Shown here in pieces: positions 13,101 to 24,674 of a DNA stretch of 64,000 nucleotides. A model generated the notes under the pieces. That model had not been told where the DNA came from, made no database searches, and saw nothing but the letters and a program-made list of their open reading frames with translations. The stretch comes from Phoronis australis. Taxonomy: Eukaryota > Animalia > Phoronida. Every line of letters starts with the position of its first letter. The stretch's first letter is position 1. Made by a program: the position numbers and the translations under genes. The DNA lies in assembly GCA_002633005.1 (NCBI GenBank), contig NMRA01000509.1, positions 221,303-285,302 of the forward strand, written 5' to 3'.

Positions 13101-14788
13101 AGGAGAATGCCACCCAATTTAATTAGTCTTTTTTACCATCTTAACCGGTCTATATCCACATCGCCTCTTATACGGTCGACCTCACTTTGCCGAGAGATGT
13201 CGCGTTAACCTGTGAGGAAGGTGAGAAACGAAGCAGCGACGTCATTGGTTCGTTTGCACAGTGAATGCCGCTATATTGCGGTGCATCGTTCCCGCTTGTC
13301 CGAACTATGAAGCAGCAAAGAAAGCGGGTATATCGTTTTTTCGACTACCTCGAGAACCCGAAATGCTTAGGAAGTGGCTCGCAGTAGTGAAGAATGAAAG
13401 GTACGCTGTCAATAGCAATTAAGTATGATTCCATGAAACATCTCTGTGTCTGTGGGCGGCATTTTGTGGACAGTGATTTCTCTGAGGAATTACGGCGTAC
13501 CAAAGAACTATCCATACATTCTGTTGCCTGTGCATGTTCATGGCGCCTCTCTAGTATTTCTTGATCAGTGCATTCCGGTTCGAACTCACTGATAGCCTGT
13601 GAAACCTAACGATCCGACCCGTGAAGTCTTCATCGGATGAGCTCTTGACTAAGTCGGGATTGTATGGTGCCGGGCGAGTTGCCGACGTTTATTATTCTGT
13701 GTTCTGTTTCAAAATGAATTATTCTCATCCTAACCAATGCTGATATGAAACTGAAACAAAGTGTGTATCATTAGATACAATTTTTAATGCAAATGTTGAG
13801 AAGCCAGCAATGAATAAACCACTGCGTTGCCGGCTTTTGATGCCGACAACAAGGGTAATTGTCTGGGCACCGAGTCCGTGTGAGCACATGCTAATTCAGT
13901 GTTTGCTGACAGAAAGCTGTTGTGAAACAATTACTCGATTTTACATGCTATGGTCACATGTTAGGGGAATCCTTATTTAGAAATGCAAATACATTATTCA
14001 AATCATTGTTACTGTACAACCTTTGCCCTGACGATCTGTGGAAGGGGAACCCGACTTCTCAGGCTCCGACAAGTAAATAGATTTTCAGTTTCGTGGCCAA
14101 TTCATGTAAATGATTACATGTACATTATTTCTTTGGCTCATTATTATAGTCTTTTCGTGACTAAAGGTTTAGTTTCCAACTCAAGCTGGTTTATGTTCGT
14201 GCCAGTCCCAGCGGCCGCGACGGGCCTGATCGGGTTCCAAGCCACTGGCTAGGATAACATGTCAGTCTGGCCGCGACGGGCCTGATCGGGTTCCGAGCCA
14301 CTGGCCGGGATAATTAGCATTTTGTGTGTTTAGAACTTAAAAATCTATAAACAACACAGATCTAGGTTCTCCTGTCTGTATTTTACGGAAGAATACTTCG
14401 AATTTATCTTCGAACAGACCCCAAACTCCTGCTACGGACCTTGGTAAATTGGCCTGTAGGCTACAGTGTGTCCAAATACCAATAAATCCGTGACAGCGAA
14501 ATAAAACAACACGTTTTTATAAGAACTCAGCGTATTTTTAAGGGTTTTACATCGAAGTTTGATGATTTATTGGTATTTAACGATGAATCCTAGCGATAAG
14601 CTCACACCAGTAACCCGTGTTGTGAACTGCTGAACAGACTTCTTGTGAAGCCAATGACTTCATTGGATAATTTCAACACCTCCGTCTGCCGTCAGGTGTC
14701 GGGTAACGCAACCGAATGTGCCGTTATGGAGTAGAACTACTCGATCTAAATTGATACAAAATAGGTTGTTTTTGGGTGGCATTCTCCT
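13101..14788 (+). mobile_element. Kolobok-type non-autonomous DNA transposon with decayed THAP domain (copy 1, intronic)
   Basis: TTAA on both sides. TIR AGGAGAATGCCACCCAA / TTGGGTGGCATTCTCCT. Positions ~13279-13480 read RCIVPACPNYEAAKKAGISFFRLPREPEMLRKWL...CVCGRHFVDSDF (THAP C2CH pattern) with a stop/frameshift. Confidence 0.85.
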
Positions 14789-15153
14789 TTAACTTAAACA
14801 ATGGGAGGGGCTCACAATGCGAGTGCGAGGAACTTACAATGGGATTTATTCCTGTGTTTTTAAAATTTAACAAACCACTGTTTGTAGCAGTGAATTTCTG
14901 TCAACCAAGAAATCGAGCAGAAGTCTTTGGATTTGACAACAGTCTTTATAAGAATAACGATAATACTTGTGCATAGACTTTTGAATAGTGATGTTGTAAG
15001 TTTGCTTTTGCATAATTTGCAGTTAAATTAAATACAGCTTTTGTAGGCTAGGCTACCACTAAAACACATTCCTCTGATAATTTGTTATTATCTTCAAATA
15101 TCTGCTGAAATTTATGTTCAAATGAAAAAAATTTGAGTACTATTTTCAGTTAA

Positions 15154-15465
<312 letters not shown>

Positions 15466-15544
15466 TAAGTGAAGTGTACTTCTGAAAGTTGTGATTCAAC
15501 TCACACAACATGCAGTACGAACCTATGGTTCTTTGTTGCTGGAG

Positions 15545-15740
15545 GCCAGGTTCAGTACATTGGCTTGACATGACATGACATGTCATTTATTGCCCTAGGC
15601 CAGGCTCAGTACATTGGCTTGACATGACATGACATGTCATTTATTGCCCTAGGCTAGGCTCAGTCCATTGGCTTGACATGTCATGTCATTTATTGCTCAA
15701 GGCCAGGATCTATACATTGGAGTGACATGACATGTCATTA
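15545..15740. repeat. ~50-bp tandem repeat with TGACA sub-repeats
   Basis: About four copies of GGCCAGGYTCAGTACATTGGCTTGACATGACATG. Confidence 0.85.
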
Positions 15741-16212
15741 TTTCACCCCACATGGCCCGGTCTCCAATGTCCGTACTCAGACTCATACTCATACTCGAGA
15801 TTTCATACTCAAAATCGTGCTCACTGGAGTCGTACTCAAAAAAGCGTATCTAATGTCGTATTTCGAGTAGACTCCAAACGTACTCAAATCTGACGCTCAT
15901 ACTCGAGTTGCTATGGAACTCTTTATGATGTGAAATGCAAAATCACGCAAAGCCGCGCTGATTCATCGCTCCCTATTGGAATAGACCACCCCAAGAACTA
16001 GGCCTACATTATCATCTGCTGTCGCTACAACTACAACAGTATGTTTACAACGTGGAATTCTGAGTGTTCTGTAACTGTTATTCATTTTTTAGTTTCAATA
16101 AATATTCTTATGCCATTTCTTTGATACATTTGNTTCAAACAATAATAAACTGCTACTTCTTCCCAAACTTACATCTCAGCTGTGTAAGAAACAAGTCAAG
16201 ATTAGCTCTGAA

Positions 16213-16420
16213 ACTGAGTACTCTATATCGAAAGGTAGAATTGTGTAACTCTGAGTACTCTAGATCAAAAGGTAGAATTGTGTAACTGTGAGTACTCTAT
16301 ATCAAAAGGTAGAATTGTGTTACTGTGAGTACTCTATATCAAAAGGTAGAATTGTGTAACTGTCCGTACTCTATATCAAATGGTAGAATTGTGTAACTGT
16401 GATACTCTATATCAAAAGTA
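16213..16420. repeat. ~37-bp tandem repeat (TGAGTACTCTATATCAAAAGGTAGAATTGTGTAACTG)
   Basis: Five to six tandem copies. Confidence 0.9.
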
Positions 16421-17054
16421 TAAGAATAATTATTGTTTTAAAGGGAAGTCAGAGTCATTACATCTTTAACTGTCATGAAGTTTCAGGTCAGGTTGTGTTC
16501 AACAAACATTTCCAGAGTATGTTGTGTAATGTGGCAATTCTTCACCTGTTTAGCACCCAATATGGCGGACAAGTTAAATTCTGTTTTTGTAAAATATGAG
16601 AAAGAAAGATTGAGAAAACTTTAGTCTGTTACTAGCTTGGTTTGTTCTATTTACATGATTGTCATAAAACAACATTTATCAAGTTATCTGCAAGATAATC
16701 ACTATTTTTGTATTCTCAGTTGATGAAATTTACATAAATCTAATGTGTTCTAAAAATTCATAAAATTATTTAAATTTGAATGGCAAAACAGTTCCTGAGG
16801 ACAGTATCACCCAAATGAGAAAATTTTGATTTACATTACACAACTTTCTTTAAAATCTCACCAATTTTGGGCCAAAATAATCATCAAGATTGGTCATTTT
16901 CTCATTTTTTAAAGGCTTTTAATTTTGTTGTGAAACCTGGATAATTTCTCAAGGTAGCATTTGCTTTGTGCTCATTTTGAACAGAACAAAAATTTCATGT
17001 CTGTGGATTAGTAATTGCTTCCTGTTGAGATTGCACCGTATTTGTCTTTTTCAG

Positions 17055-17169
17055 GGTAATGGTTCTAGACAAGGGCGAGATAAAAGAGTTTGACAGTCCG
17101 GAAAACCTTTTGAATGCCCCTGACTCCATTTTCTATGGATTGGCCAAGGATGCGGGTCTTGTCTCGTAA
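17055..17169 (+). CDS. ABCC1: ABCC/MRP1-like transporter, terminal coding exon
   Basis: ttcag| acceptor. VMVLDKGEIKEFDSPENLLNAPDSIFYGLAKDAGLVS-stop (TAA 17167-17169) matches the MRP1 C-terminus FYSMAKDAGLV. Confidence 0.96.
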
Positions 17170-17315
17170 CCATGGAAACTGGTTTAATGTAACTATTCTA
17201 GGAGATTACAATGTCCTGGAGACATTTTTTATAATTTGTCAAATCTTTGAAATTTTTAAAGCTGCTATAAAACGGTCTTCTATCAAAAACTAACTTTTGG
17301 ACAAGCTCACTTAAA

Positions 17316-17470
17316 AATGGTTTGTACTTGCTGCTTAGTGACGGTGGTTTGTACTTGTTGCTTAGTGACGGTGGTTTGTACTTGTTGCATAGTGACGGTT
17401 GTTTGTACTTGTTGCTTAGTGACGGTGGTTTGTACTTGTTGCTTAGTGACGTTGGTTTGTACTTGTAACT
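17316..17470. repeat. 27-bp tandem repeat in the presumed ABCC 3' UTR
   Basis: GTGGTTTGTACTTGTTGCTTAGTGACG, 5-6 copies. Confidence 0.9.
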
Positions 17471-17883
17471 TTGTGAAGGTGGTTCGTGTTCTTGGAAAGT
17501 TGAACTTCATTATCAGTTGAGACCAAACACAAGAGCTTGACTTGTCCTGGCAAGTCATGTTATGTACTGAGCAAAAGAATAGCAAGTAATAATATTTTGA
17601 ATAAGGAACAAATTGAGACAACTTATTGCAGTAAATGGTCTAATTCAAAAACTTGACTATTTAAAGGAGCATCCGTTGAGTTGCTTTAAGCCTGTAATTT
17701 GACCCTTTAAAGGAGTGTCAGTTGAGTTGCTTTAAAGAAAGCCTTGGACATTTAGTTCAAGATAGGAGAATTAAAGAGTTGTTGTGGTCTATAACACATC
17801 TTATATTTGTTCATTGCCCGACCTCTTGCTCATCATTAGCATGATTTTCCTCTTAGCTCACCCTTAAAATGCAAACTATTGAG

Positions 17884-17995
17884 GGTCAGTTCCTGTTGAT
17901 CAGTTCCTGTTGGTCAGTTCCTGTTGGTCAGTCCCTGTTGGTCAGTCCTGTAGGTCAGTTCCTGTTGGTCAGTCCCTGTTGGTCAGGTCCTGTTC
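17884..17995. repeat. 14-bp tandem repeat (GGTCAGTTCCTGTT)
   Basis: About seven copies. Confidence 0.9.
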
Positions 17996-20413
17996 CTTGT
18001 CTTTACAATTCAGTTTGTTCCAGCCATTGTCACAGCTGTTTGGTGGAAAAAGGTTTCTGCTACTTTTTAAGAGTAAAATTTGTACACTTTTGAAAATGTT
18101 AACTTTATATACTATAGGTCACTGGGGTATTATGATGGGAGTGGTGCTTGCTGTGAAAGAAATTTTTGTTCTATTATTATAAATATCTTAAATATCACAG
18201 GTTTCATTTGTCCTTGTTATTTTGACAGTGGAATGGATAATTGTTGTGTAGTAGTTACTGTGTTCTTGTTTAATATGTGAAATGAGATGTTAAGCTGGTA
18301 AAGTCTAAAAAATAGTTCAACATTTTGGCTCAGTATTAATATACCAACTCTTATTGAAATTTCACCAGTGTTGCTGAGACTGTCAGTTGGGATTATTTCC
18401 ATGTTTAGTATTGCCAGCATAGTCTTTTTGACTAGCCCTGGTTTTTGTTGTTTTTTTTTGTAAAATTCTGTATTAATATTTTTACTCTTGATCAACTAAT
18501 CATTTAAAGAATTTTCATGTGTGCTTGATAAGATTTTGGAGAATCTATTCTTACTTGATATAATTTTAGAAGTTTTTATTATAATTATATTTTTCCTGTG
18601 TGTTTTTTTAATTTTGAAATCTTTAGCTTGTTCTTCTTTGATTTTTAAGAAGATAATTAATACATAAATATACAGTTTTAATTAAAATTGTCTGTGTTTT
18701 TATAGTGCAACAATGCTTATTCTACATACAGGTGAGGGTGAGCTATTCAGTCCCAAAAGATATAACTATGTACATTTAGTTAGCATCATAAACGAATGCC
18801 AAAAATATTAACATCAACTTCAGTGGAACTTATTGTAAATAGGTTTTCGGTAGGTGCCAAAACTTCTTCATCAGACGGAGTTCATAGACATGTGCAAGGC
18901 ACGGGACCATGAGTCCGAGAACTTTTAAAAATCTGACCCACCATGTCTGTTGAAAGAAGCGTTTAACAAAGCAAATCTCCAGTGAACACCAAAATGTGCA
19001 TTTCACCTTAACACGTACATTTCAATTCAGTTGCACATGACGTACGCTCAATTCCATGTAGACCAAAGAAGGAAACGCCCTTCTCTGAAGCCTGTCGCTA
19101 ACGGAGCGCCCCACACATACATCCGATTTCATAAAGATGGTTTAAAGTTATACCTGGTTTAAAGTGGACTTAGACCAGGTTTAAAGATAATCTGCATTTC
19201 ATAAAGGTGGTTTAACTTTTAGACCAGTGGTCTAGTAGAACCTGGTTTAACTCCAGTTTAAACCTGGTGAAAGTCAGTTTTCGTTTCACCAACGAGGTCT
19301 ATATTCTTTAGACCTGTATCAAGATCTTAAACCAAGTTTAACTTGACTTGGTCAGACCCAGGTTTAATAATATTAACAGGGGTGGATCCAGGATTTTGAG
19401 TTGGGGGGCAGGGCACAGGAATGACCAGAATTTCGAAACTATAGATGCAGTAGCGGGCTAACCCGGCAGACCAGTCAGACCAACACCAAGTCGGAGAGTA
19501 GTAACATCCAGTTTTCACAGATTTAAGCCGCTCGTTAGTAGTCACCGCGCAGTCCCAAACCTACACTCAGGCTTGTACAAGCGGCCGAAGACCTACATGC
19601 AGGTTTGATGGACAAATTCGGTTGTTCAAGAATTCCTACGCATGCGTGAAGTTTGCGGTATCAACCCCTCCAAAAGTGAAGTGTTTCTTGAACAAAACCC
19701 TACGAAAGGTTCACTTTTTCATGGGTCTCTTTTTGAGTTCAGTCTCTGTTAATGAGTAGTATTCTAATTTTTAATCTGTCCTCTCTGCCAGGCGTAAAAA
19801 GTCTAGAACCTTGTCAGGGACTTGGTACGCCGTATCTGTTTTGAAATTCAACTCTTGAAATTGAAGTCATAGTGATGTCATAAGCGATGTACCAACTGTG
19901 ACCACTAGCCAGTAGAAGAAAGTAGGCGCAGGTTAGGAGGTACATTAAGGAATTGTAAACTGTGATACCAGTGGGCTTTATTTTAGGATAAGTCAGACAT
20001 AATCTGGACTGCTGCAAATTGTTGGCCACTGATTGGGCGATAAATGGAGATTCGTAAATTTAATGCGGAGATACATTAATTATGCACATCCGGGATACAT
20101 AATCAAATTTGCAGGATAAGTCAGTGCAGTCTATTGTCAATTGCTTACCATATATTTTTGCGATGTTGTGGGCATTGGTAATTAGCCGGACACGAAATTA
20201 GGGTAGGTTTCAAACTGAATAACTTCTTTTTGTACTGAGATCGGTTTTTAAAGAGCCTCCTAAGAAAGCATCCGAATCAGGAAAATACTCCATGGAGGCC
20301 CTTTCAGTATCATATTGCATGAAAACTGGTCAAGATGTCAAGATTTCTCAATTCTTGATATGTAAAATGGCCGTTTTTAAAAGTTAAAGCTATTTCGTGA
20401 GATTTCTTTTGCG

Positions 20414-20426
20414 GTAGCCATGCTAC
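20414..20426. promoter_or_regulatory. Candidate RFX X-box (GTAGC-CAT-GCTAC)
   Basis: Palindrome resembling the X-box GTTGCCATGGCAAC, ~225 bp upstream of a ciliary dynein ATG. Function is inferred only. Confidence 0.4.
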
Positions 20427-20650
20427 TGACAAAGTGAAAGTGAAACTTTCAGATTTGCTCTTGGCGGGAAGAGCGTGGTATGGACGATTAAAGTTCCACT
20501 GTTTATCTTGAGTTGGGAGCCATCATATAGAATTGTTCTCAGGCCTAGATCACAATTCCATCATCTTACTGCAACTCCTGTCTTCTACCCTAATGTTGTC
20601 AGAAGAAGTGCTGTACTTCAAATCCCCAATTTTGCCATTTACAGTGGATA

Positions 20651-22447
20651 ATGGAGCTCGTGCACGCCTACAAGAAACTTCGGAGAGATTTCGGGAAGAA
20701 TTGCAACTTTATAGATTGCAAGCCTGAATTGCTCGTGAATATTCAACCAAATGCAGAGCTCTCGTACAACTTCATTCCGCGCGAGGTTGTTGAGGCAGCT
20801 GCGCAAAACGTCTGTGCCATGTCAGAGCACACAGTTAACACAGAAGTTAGTGAAACAGAACACCGTGGCTGTCTCCACTTGGAAGGTGGTTGGCCAAAAG
20901 AAATCGACCCAAAATCAATTGAGCATGTTACTCGCTTCAGAAAAAAGGCTGAGAGAATCGAGGGCTACGTTAACGCAGTAGCAAGTCTTGGGCCATCCGT
21001 TCTTCACTGCATCAACCAGAACAACGCAGTTGATATCTATGAGGAGTATTTTATAGATACACCTTGTAGAGAAAGGATGCCCCCGCCAACCGCTAAAACC
21101 ATCGTTACCATCAGAGACCCGCATGACATCAAACGTCCAGTATCTCATTTATCTTGGTCACCTTTTGGAGGACGACGGATTGCCGTTGCACACTGCGCAC
21201 TTGACTTCCGACCCGAGGGTTTTGAGGGCAGCGTTAACTCCTACATATGGAACGTGGAAGAGTTCAACGCTCCCGAGTTAAAAATTAAGCCTCATTCGCC
21301 TCTTCTGTCGTTGGAATTTAATCCCAAGGATCCGACTCTTGTGGCTGGCGGATGTTATAATGGGCAGGTTTTACTTTGGGATACTCGAAGATCTGGCTCT
21401 TTGTCAATTCATACAACACCGATGGACAAAAGTCACAAAGATCCTGTATACGAAGTTATTTGGCTGCAAGGAAAGTCAGGCACTGAGTGCTTCTCGGCTT
21501 CCACTGATGGCCAAATTTGTTGGTGGGACACGAGATACCTTGTGGAACCATATGAGTCCTTGACGGTATGGTCACAGACCATACCTGGCTATGCCGAGGG
21601 TGTCGTCTGCTTAGACTACGATATGAGCTTACCAACGAAGTTTATAATGGGAACGGAAAGTGGTAACATAATGACTGGGAACAGGAAGGCAAAGAGTGTC
21701 GGCGACCGGATCATGAATGTCTACCAAGGTCATATAAGTCCCGTGCAAGCTGTTCATCGACACCCGTTTTTTCCAAAGTTCTTTATAAGCGTTGCTGATT
21801 GGACGGTTAGGATTTGGTCAGAGGACTGCAAGGAATCTTTGATGGCAACACCTTCTTCTAAATTTTACCTGAGTGATGTATGCTGGAGTCCCGTGCGTCC
21901 AGCCGTCTTCTTCTCATCCAACGTAAATGGCAAGATCGACGTGTGGGACTTGGTGGTCAAACACAATTCTCCCGTGTTAACGATGCGCGTTAGCGACAGC
22001 TCGCTAACCAAACTACGTGCGCAAGAGCAAGGGAATATCGTGGCCACTGGATCCATCAAAGGGACCACGGCTTTACTAGAACTGTCTGATAATTTGTCAG
22101 CCCTGCAACAAGATGAAAAACAACAAGTGGCCGCAATGTTTGATAGACAAAGCAAACATGGAAAAGCTCACGAAACGCGTGCTAAGACAGCAGTCAAACG
22201 AGTGACAGCACGACAGCGTGGGGCATCGGCGCTGGGTCTTAAATACTCAATAAGCTCAAGCCAAGAGTCGAATCCTGATATCAGACGTGTCGACCGAGAA
22301 TTCTTTGACACATTGAGGTACATTCAGTCTCGCAGGGAAGGGCGCCGTCAGACGTCTGCTGATGCCGATAACTTTGTCATGAATGAATCTCCCTTGAAGG
22401 AATCGTCAAGGGAATCGGTCTCCTCATATTCGTCGTCCCTTGAATAG
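20651..22447 (+). CDS. DNAI2: Axonemal outer-arm dynein intermediate chain, DNAI2/IC3-like (WD40), intronless CDS
   Basis: Uninterrupted 598-aa ORF. N-terminus MELVHAYKKLRRDFGKNCNF, motifs HxEGGWPKEI and CINQNNAVDIYEEYF, and WD40 repeats (ECFSASTDGQICWWDTR, RHPFFPKFFISVADWTVRIWSED, WSPVRPAVFF) are typical of DNAI2. Confidence 0.93.
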   Translation: MELVHAYKKLRRDFGKNCNFIDCKPELLVNIQPNAELSYNFIPREVVEAAAQNVCAMSEHTVNTEVSETEHRGCLHLEGGWPKEIDPKSIEHVTRFRKKAERIEGYVNAVASLGPSVLHCINQNNAVDIYEEYFIDTPCRERMPPPTAKTIVTIRDPHDIKRPVSHLSWSPFGGRRIAVAHCALDFRPEGFEGSVNSYIWNVEEFNAPELKIKPHSPLLSLEFNPKDPTLVAGGCYNGQVLLWDTRRSGSLSIHTTPMDKSHKDPVYEVIWLQGKSGTECFSASTDGQICWWDTRYLVEPYESLTVWSQTIPGYAEGVVCLDYDMSLPTKFIMGTESGNIMTGNRKAKSVGDRIMNVYQGHISPVQAVHRHPFFPKFFISVADWTVRIWSEDCKESLMATPSSKFYLSDVCWSPVRPAVFFSSNVNGKIDVWDLVVKHNSPVLTMRVSDSSLTKLRAQEQGNIVATGSIKGTTALLELSDNLSALQQDEKQQVAAMFDRQSKHGKAHETRAKTAVKRVTARQRGASALGLKYSISSSQESNPDIRRVDREFFDTLRYIQSRREGRRQTSADADNFVMNESPLKESSRESVSSYSSSLE

Positions 22448-22689
22448 CCGGTGCAAAGAATACAAAACTTAATAACAAAACTGTCATTTATGTGAACCAT
22501 ATGGTGAAATGGGACGAGGTCAAACAGCCCTGCGTAAAAATAGCATGTTTCGACGAACTTCACTCAGGGTTAGTTGCCCCTATACTGTAATTTACGGGGA
22601 ACTGTGAGGATTTTTGGGTTCATCAATTTTCCAACAGCTCATGTCATGAATCAAAGACATTGAAGTAATTTCCTCGCAGGGTTCGAGTA

Positions 22690-24137
22690 GATTTTTTCAA
22701 ATGTTGCCAGCGATTCAAGTGTCTTCAAAATTTGTATTTGTTGTCACAGTGAGGACGCAGAAGGTTGTATGTTGTCCGTCGATAGAGGGTGTGAGAAACT
22801 CTGAAATTTCCATATGACTTTCGTACAGAGGTATAACGGGGTTAGGGTTAGGGTGGTGGATAGGTATAATGGGAATACTGTAGCTGTGAGCAGTCTGTGT
22901 TACATAGGTATAATGAGGTTAAGGTTGCTGTGAGCGGTCCATATTACATAGGTATAGCCTAATGTGGTAACTGTTGTTGTGAGAAGTCTGCAGTACAAAG
23001 ATATAATGGCGTTAATGCTGTTATAAGCAGTGTGTAGTATATAGCTATAATGGTGTTAATATTTCTATAAGTAGCCCGTGGTGCATAGATATAATGGGTT
23101 TAATATTGCTATAAGCAGTCCGTAGTACACAGTTATAATAGGAAATATATAGACGCTGAGGTTGGGCAGGAACCCCAACTGGGAATCGAACCACAGGTCT
23201 CTTGATTGCCGGTCTAGGGCTCTCACCACTGAGCTACTGAGGACCCGATATTTGTGCAAGTATTGTTTACAGCCAACTGTTAAGTCATACATCCCATGAG
23301 CGGCGTTTCGCCTTTTTCACATCGTTCCAAGGGATCGCGGTATGCGCCAGTCTACGTTTTAAATGATTACAGGGCGGTTGTACTGCGGAAATACGGCGGT
23401 GAGGGAAGAGCTGCTGTGGTCCTTATGGTGCCGCGGCGGTCATTACGGTGTCGTGGCGTTACCAATGCGGATTGGCCCAACCTGCGTTGGCACTGCGGAG
23501 ATTTTGAACATGTTCGAAATTTCCGCTGTGCCACAGCAAAAATCCGCAGTTTTGACAGTTTTCTGCGGTGCTACGGAGACCAAAGGCGGAACCACTGCGG
23601 AACCACGGCGATCATGGCGGTGCAACTGCGGCCGTACAAGCACCGCAGTCGCACTGCACCTCCAGTGTGACGGGTATAAGAGAAAGTCATCTCATTAGAG
23701 ATGTACCGGTGCACTGTTGTGTCTCTCTCCTATGACGTACTGGCATTCCGGTTAGTTAGAGAGAATCAGTAGCCCGATGAATAGTATGAAATGTATGTGA
23801 AGTAACATACATCAGTTTTTATATAACTACAGCTGGTACATATAACTGGCGGATTTAGAAGGGGGCCAAAGGGACCAGGCGGGCCCCCCAAAATTCTGCC
23901 AGATTCCATTTGGCAGTTCGGGAGTGTGAATGTCTCACGGGTAAAATCCTGGCTAATACTCTGCCCTTGCCCCCCAACTCAAAATCCTGGATCCGCCCCT
24001 GGACCACAACTACGGGACGCGAGAGCCCTCACTGTGAGCGATGTTACCGAGAGTAACCCATTGTTGCCGTATCACTGGCCGATTCAGGATTGTTGTCCTT
24101 TGGAATTCAGTTGACGTATTATACAGTTAGGCCTGTT
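22690..24137 (+). repeat. Segmental repeat block, copy 1
   Basis: Collinear with 24675-26160 apart from scattered substitutions and small indels. Confidence 0.9.
23168..23246 (-). repeat. tRNA-derived repeat (SINE head / tRNA pseudogene, anticodon GGC)
   Basis: Minus strand has A-box TAGCTCAGTGG, B-box GGTTCGATTCC and a cloverleaf-like fold. Other copies lie at 25177-25255 (-) and 27003-27081 (+). Confidence 0.7.
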
Positions 24138-24398
24138 GGAGCAAAACAAACAGGTTCGGGGGGCTTTACTCTTTATTTACATATGTTGCGGTAGTAGGAG
24201 GCGTGATAATAGTAGTAGCAGTAGTAGGTAAACTGAAAGAACCAAAAAAAACATGTTCAAGCTCACATGTTGCATAGGGCTCTACCATGTATATACAGTA
24301 ACATTTAGGAGGACAACGCCCAAGTAAAATGATAACTGGCAAAGGGTATACAGTAATGACAAGCGTTCAAAACATTAAGTACACCTGAGAGAACATGA

Positions 24399-24673
24399 NN
24401 NNNNNNNNNNNNNNNNNNNNNNNNNNNNNNNNNNNNNNNNNNNNNNNNNNNNNNNNNNNNNNNNNNNNNNNNNNNNNNNNNNNNNNNNNNNNNNNNNNNN
24501 NNNNNNNNNNNNNNNNNNNNNNNNNNNNNNNNNNNNNNNNNNNNNNNNNNNNNNNNNNNNNNNNNNNNNNNNNNNNNNNNNNNNNNNNNNNNNNNNNNNN
24601 NNNNNNNNNNNNNNNNNNNNNNNNNNNNNNNNNNNNNNNNNNNNNNNNNNNNNNNNNNNNNNNNNNNNNNNNN
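24399..24673. other. Assembly gap (N run)
   Basis: Run of N. Confidence 1.
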
Positions 24674-24674
24674 T

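Noticed and set aside
18681-18686. ATTAAA as the ABCC polyadenylation signal
   Set aside because: Plausible, but the region is very AT-rich and the motif cannot be distinguished from chance without transcript data.
23168-23246. Functional tRNA gene
   Set aside because: C at position 33, an irregular T-stem, an unusual anticodon and diverged copies inside duplicated blocks; treated as a tRNA-derived repeat.
23296-23698. Overlapping 110-124 aa ORFs repeated at 25373-25717 and 34723-35089
   Set aside because: They come from a GC-rich, stop-poor MITE and show no protein motif or splice pattern.
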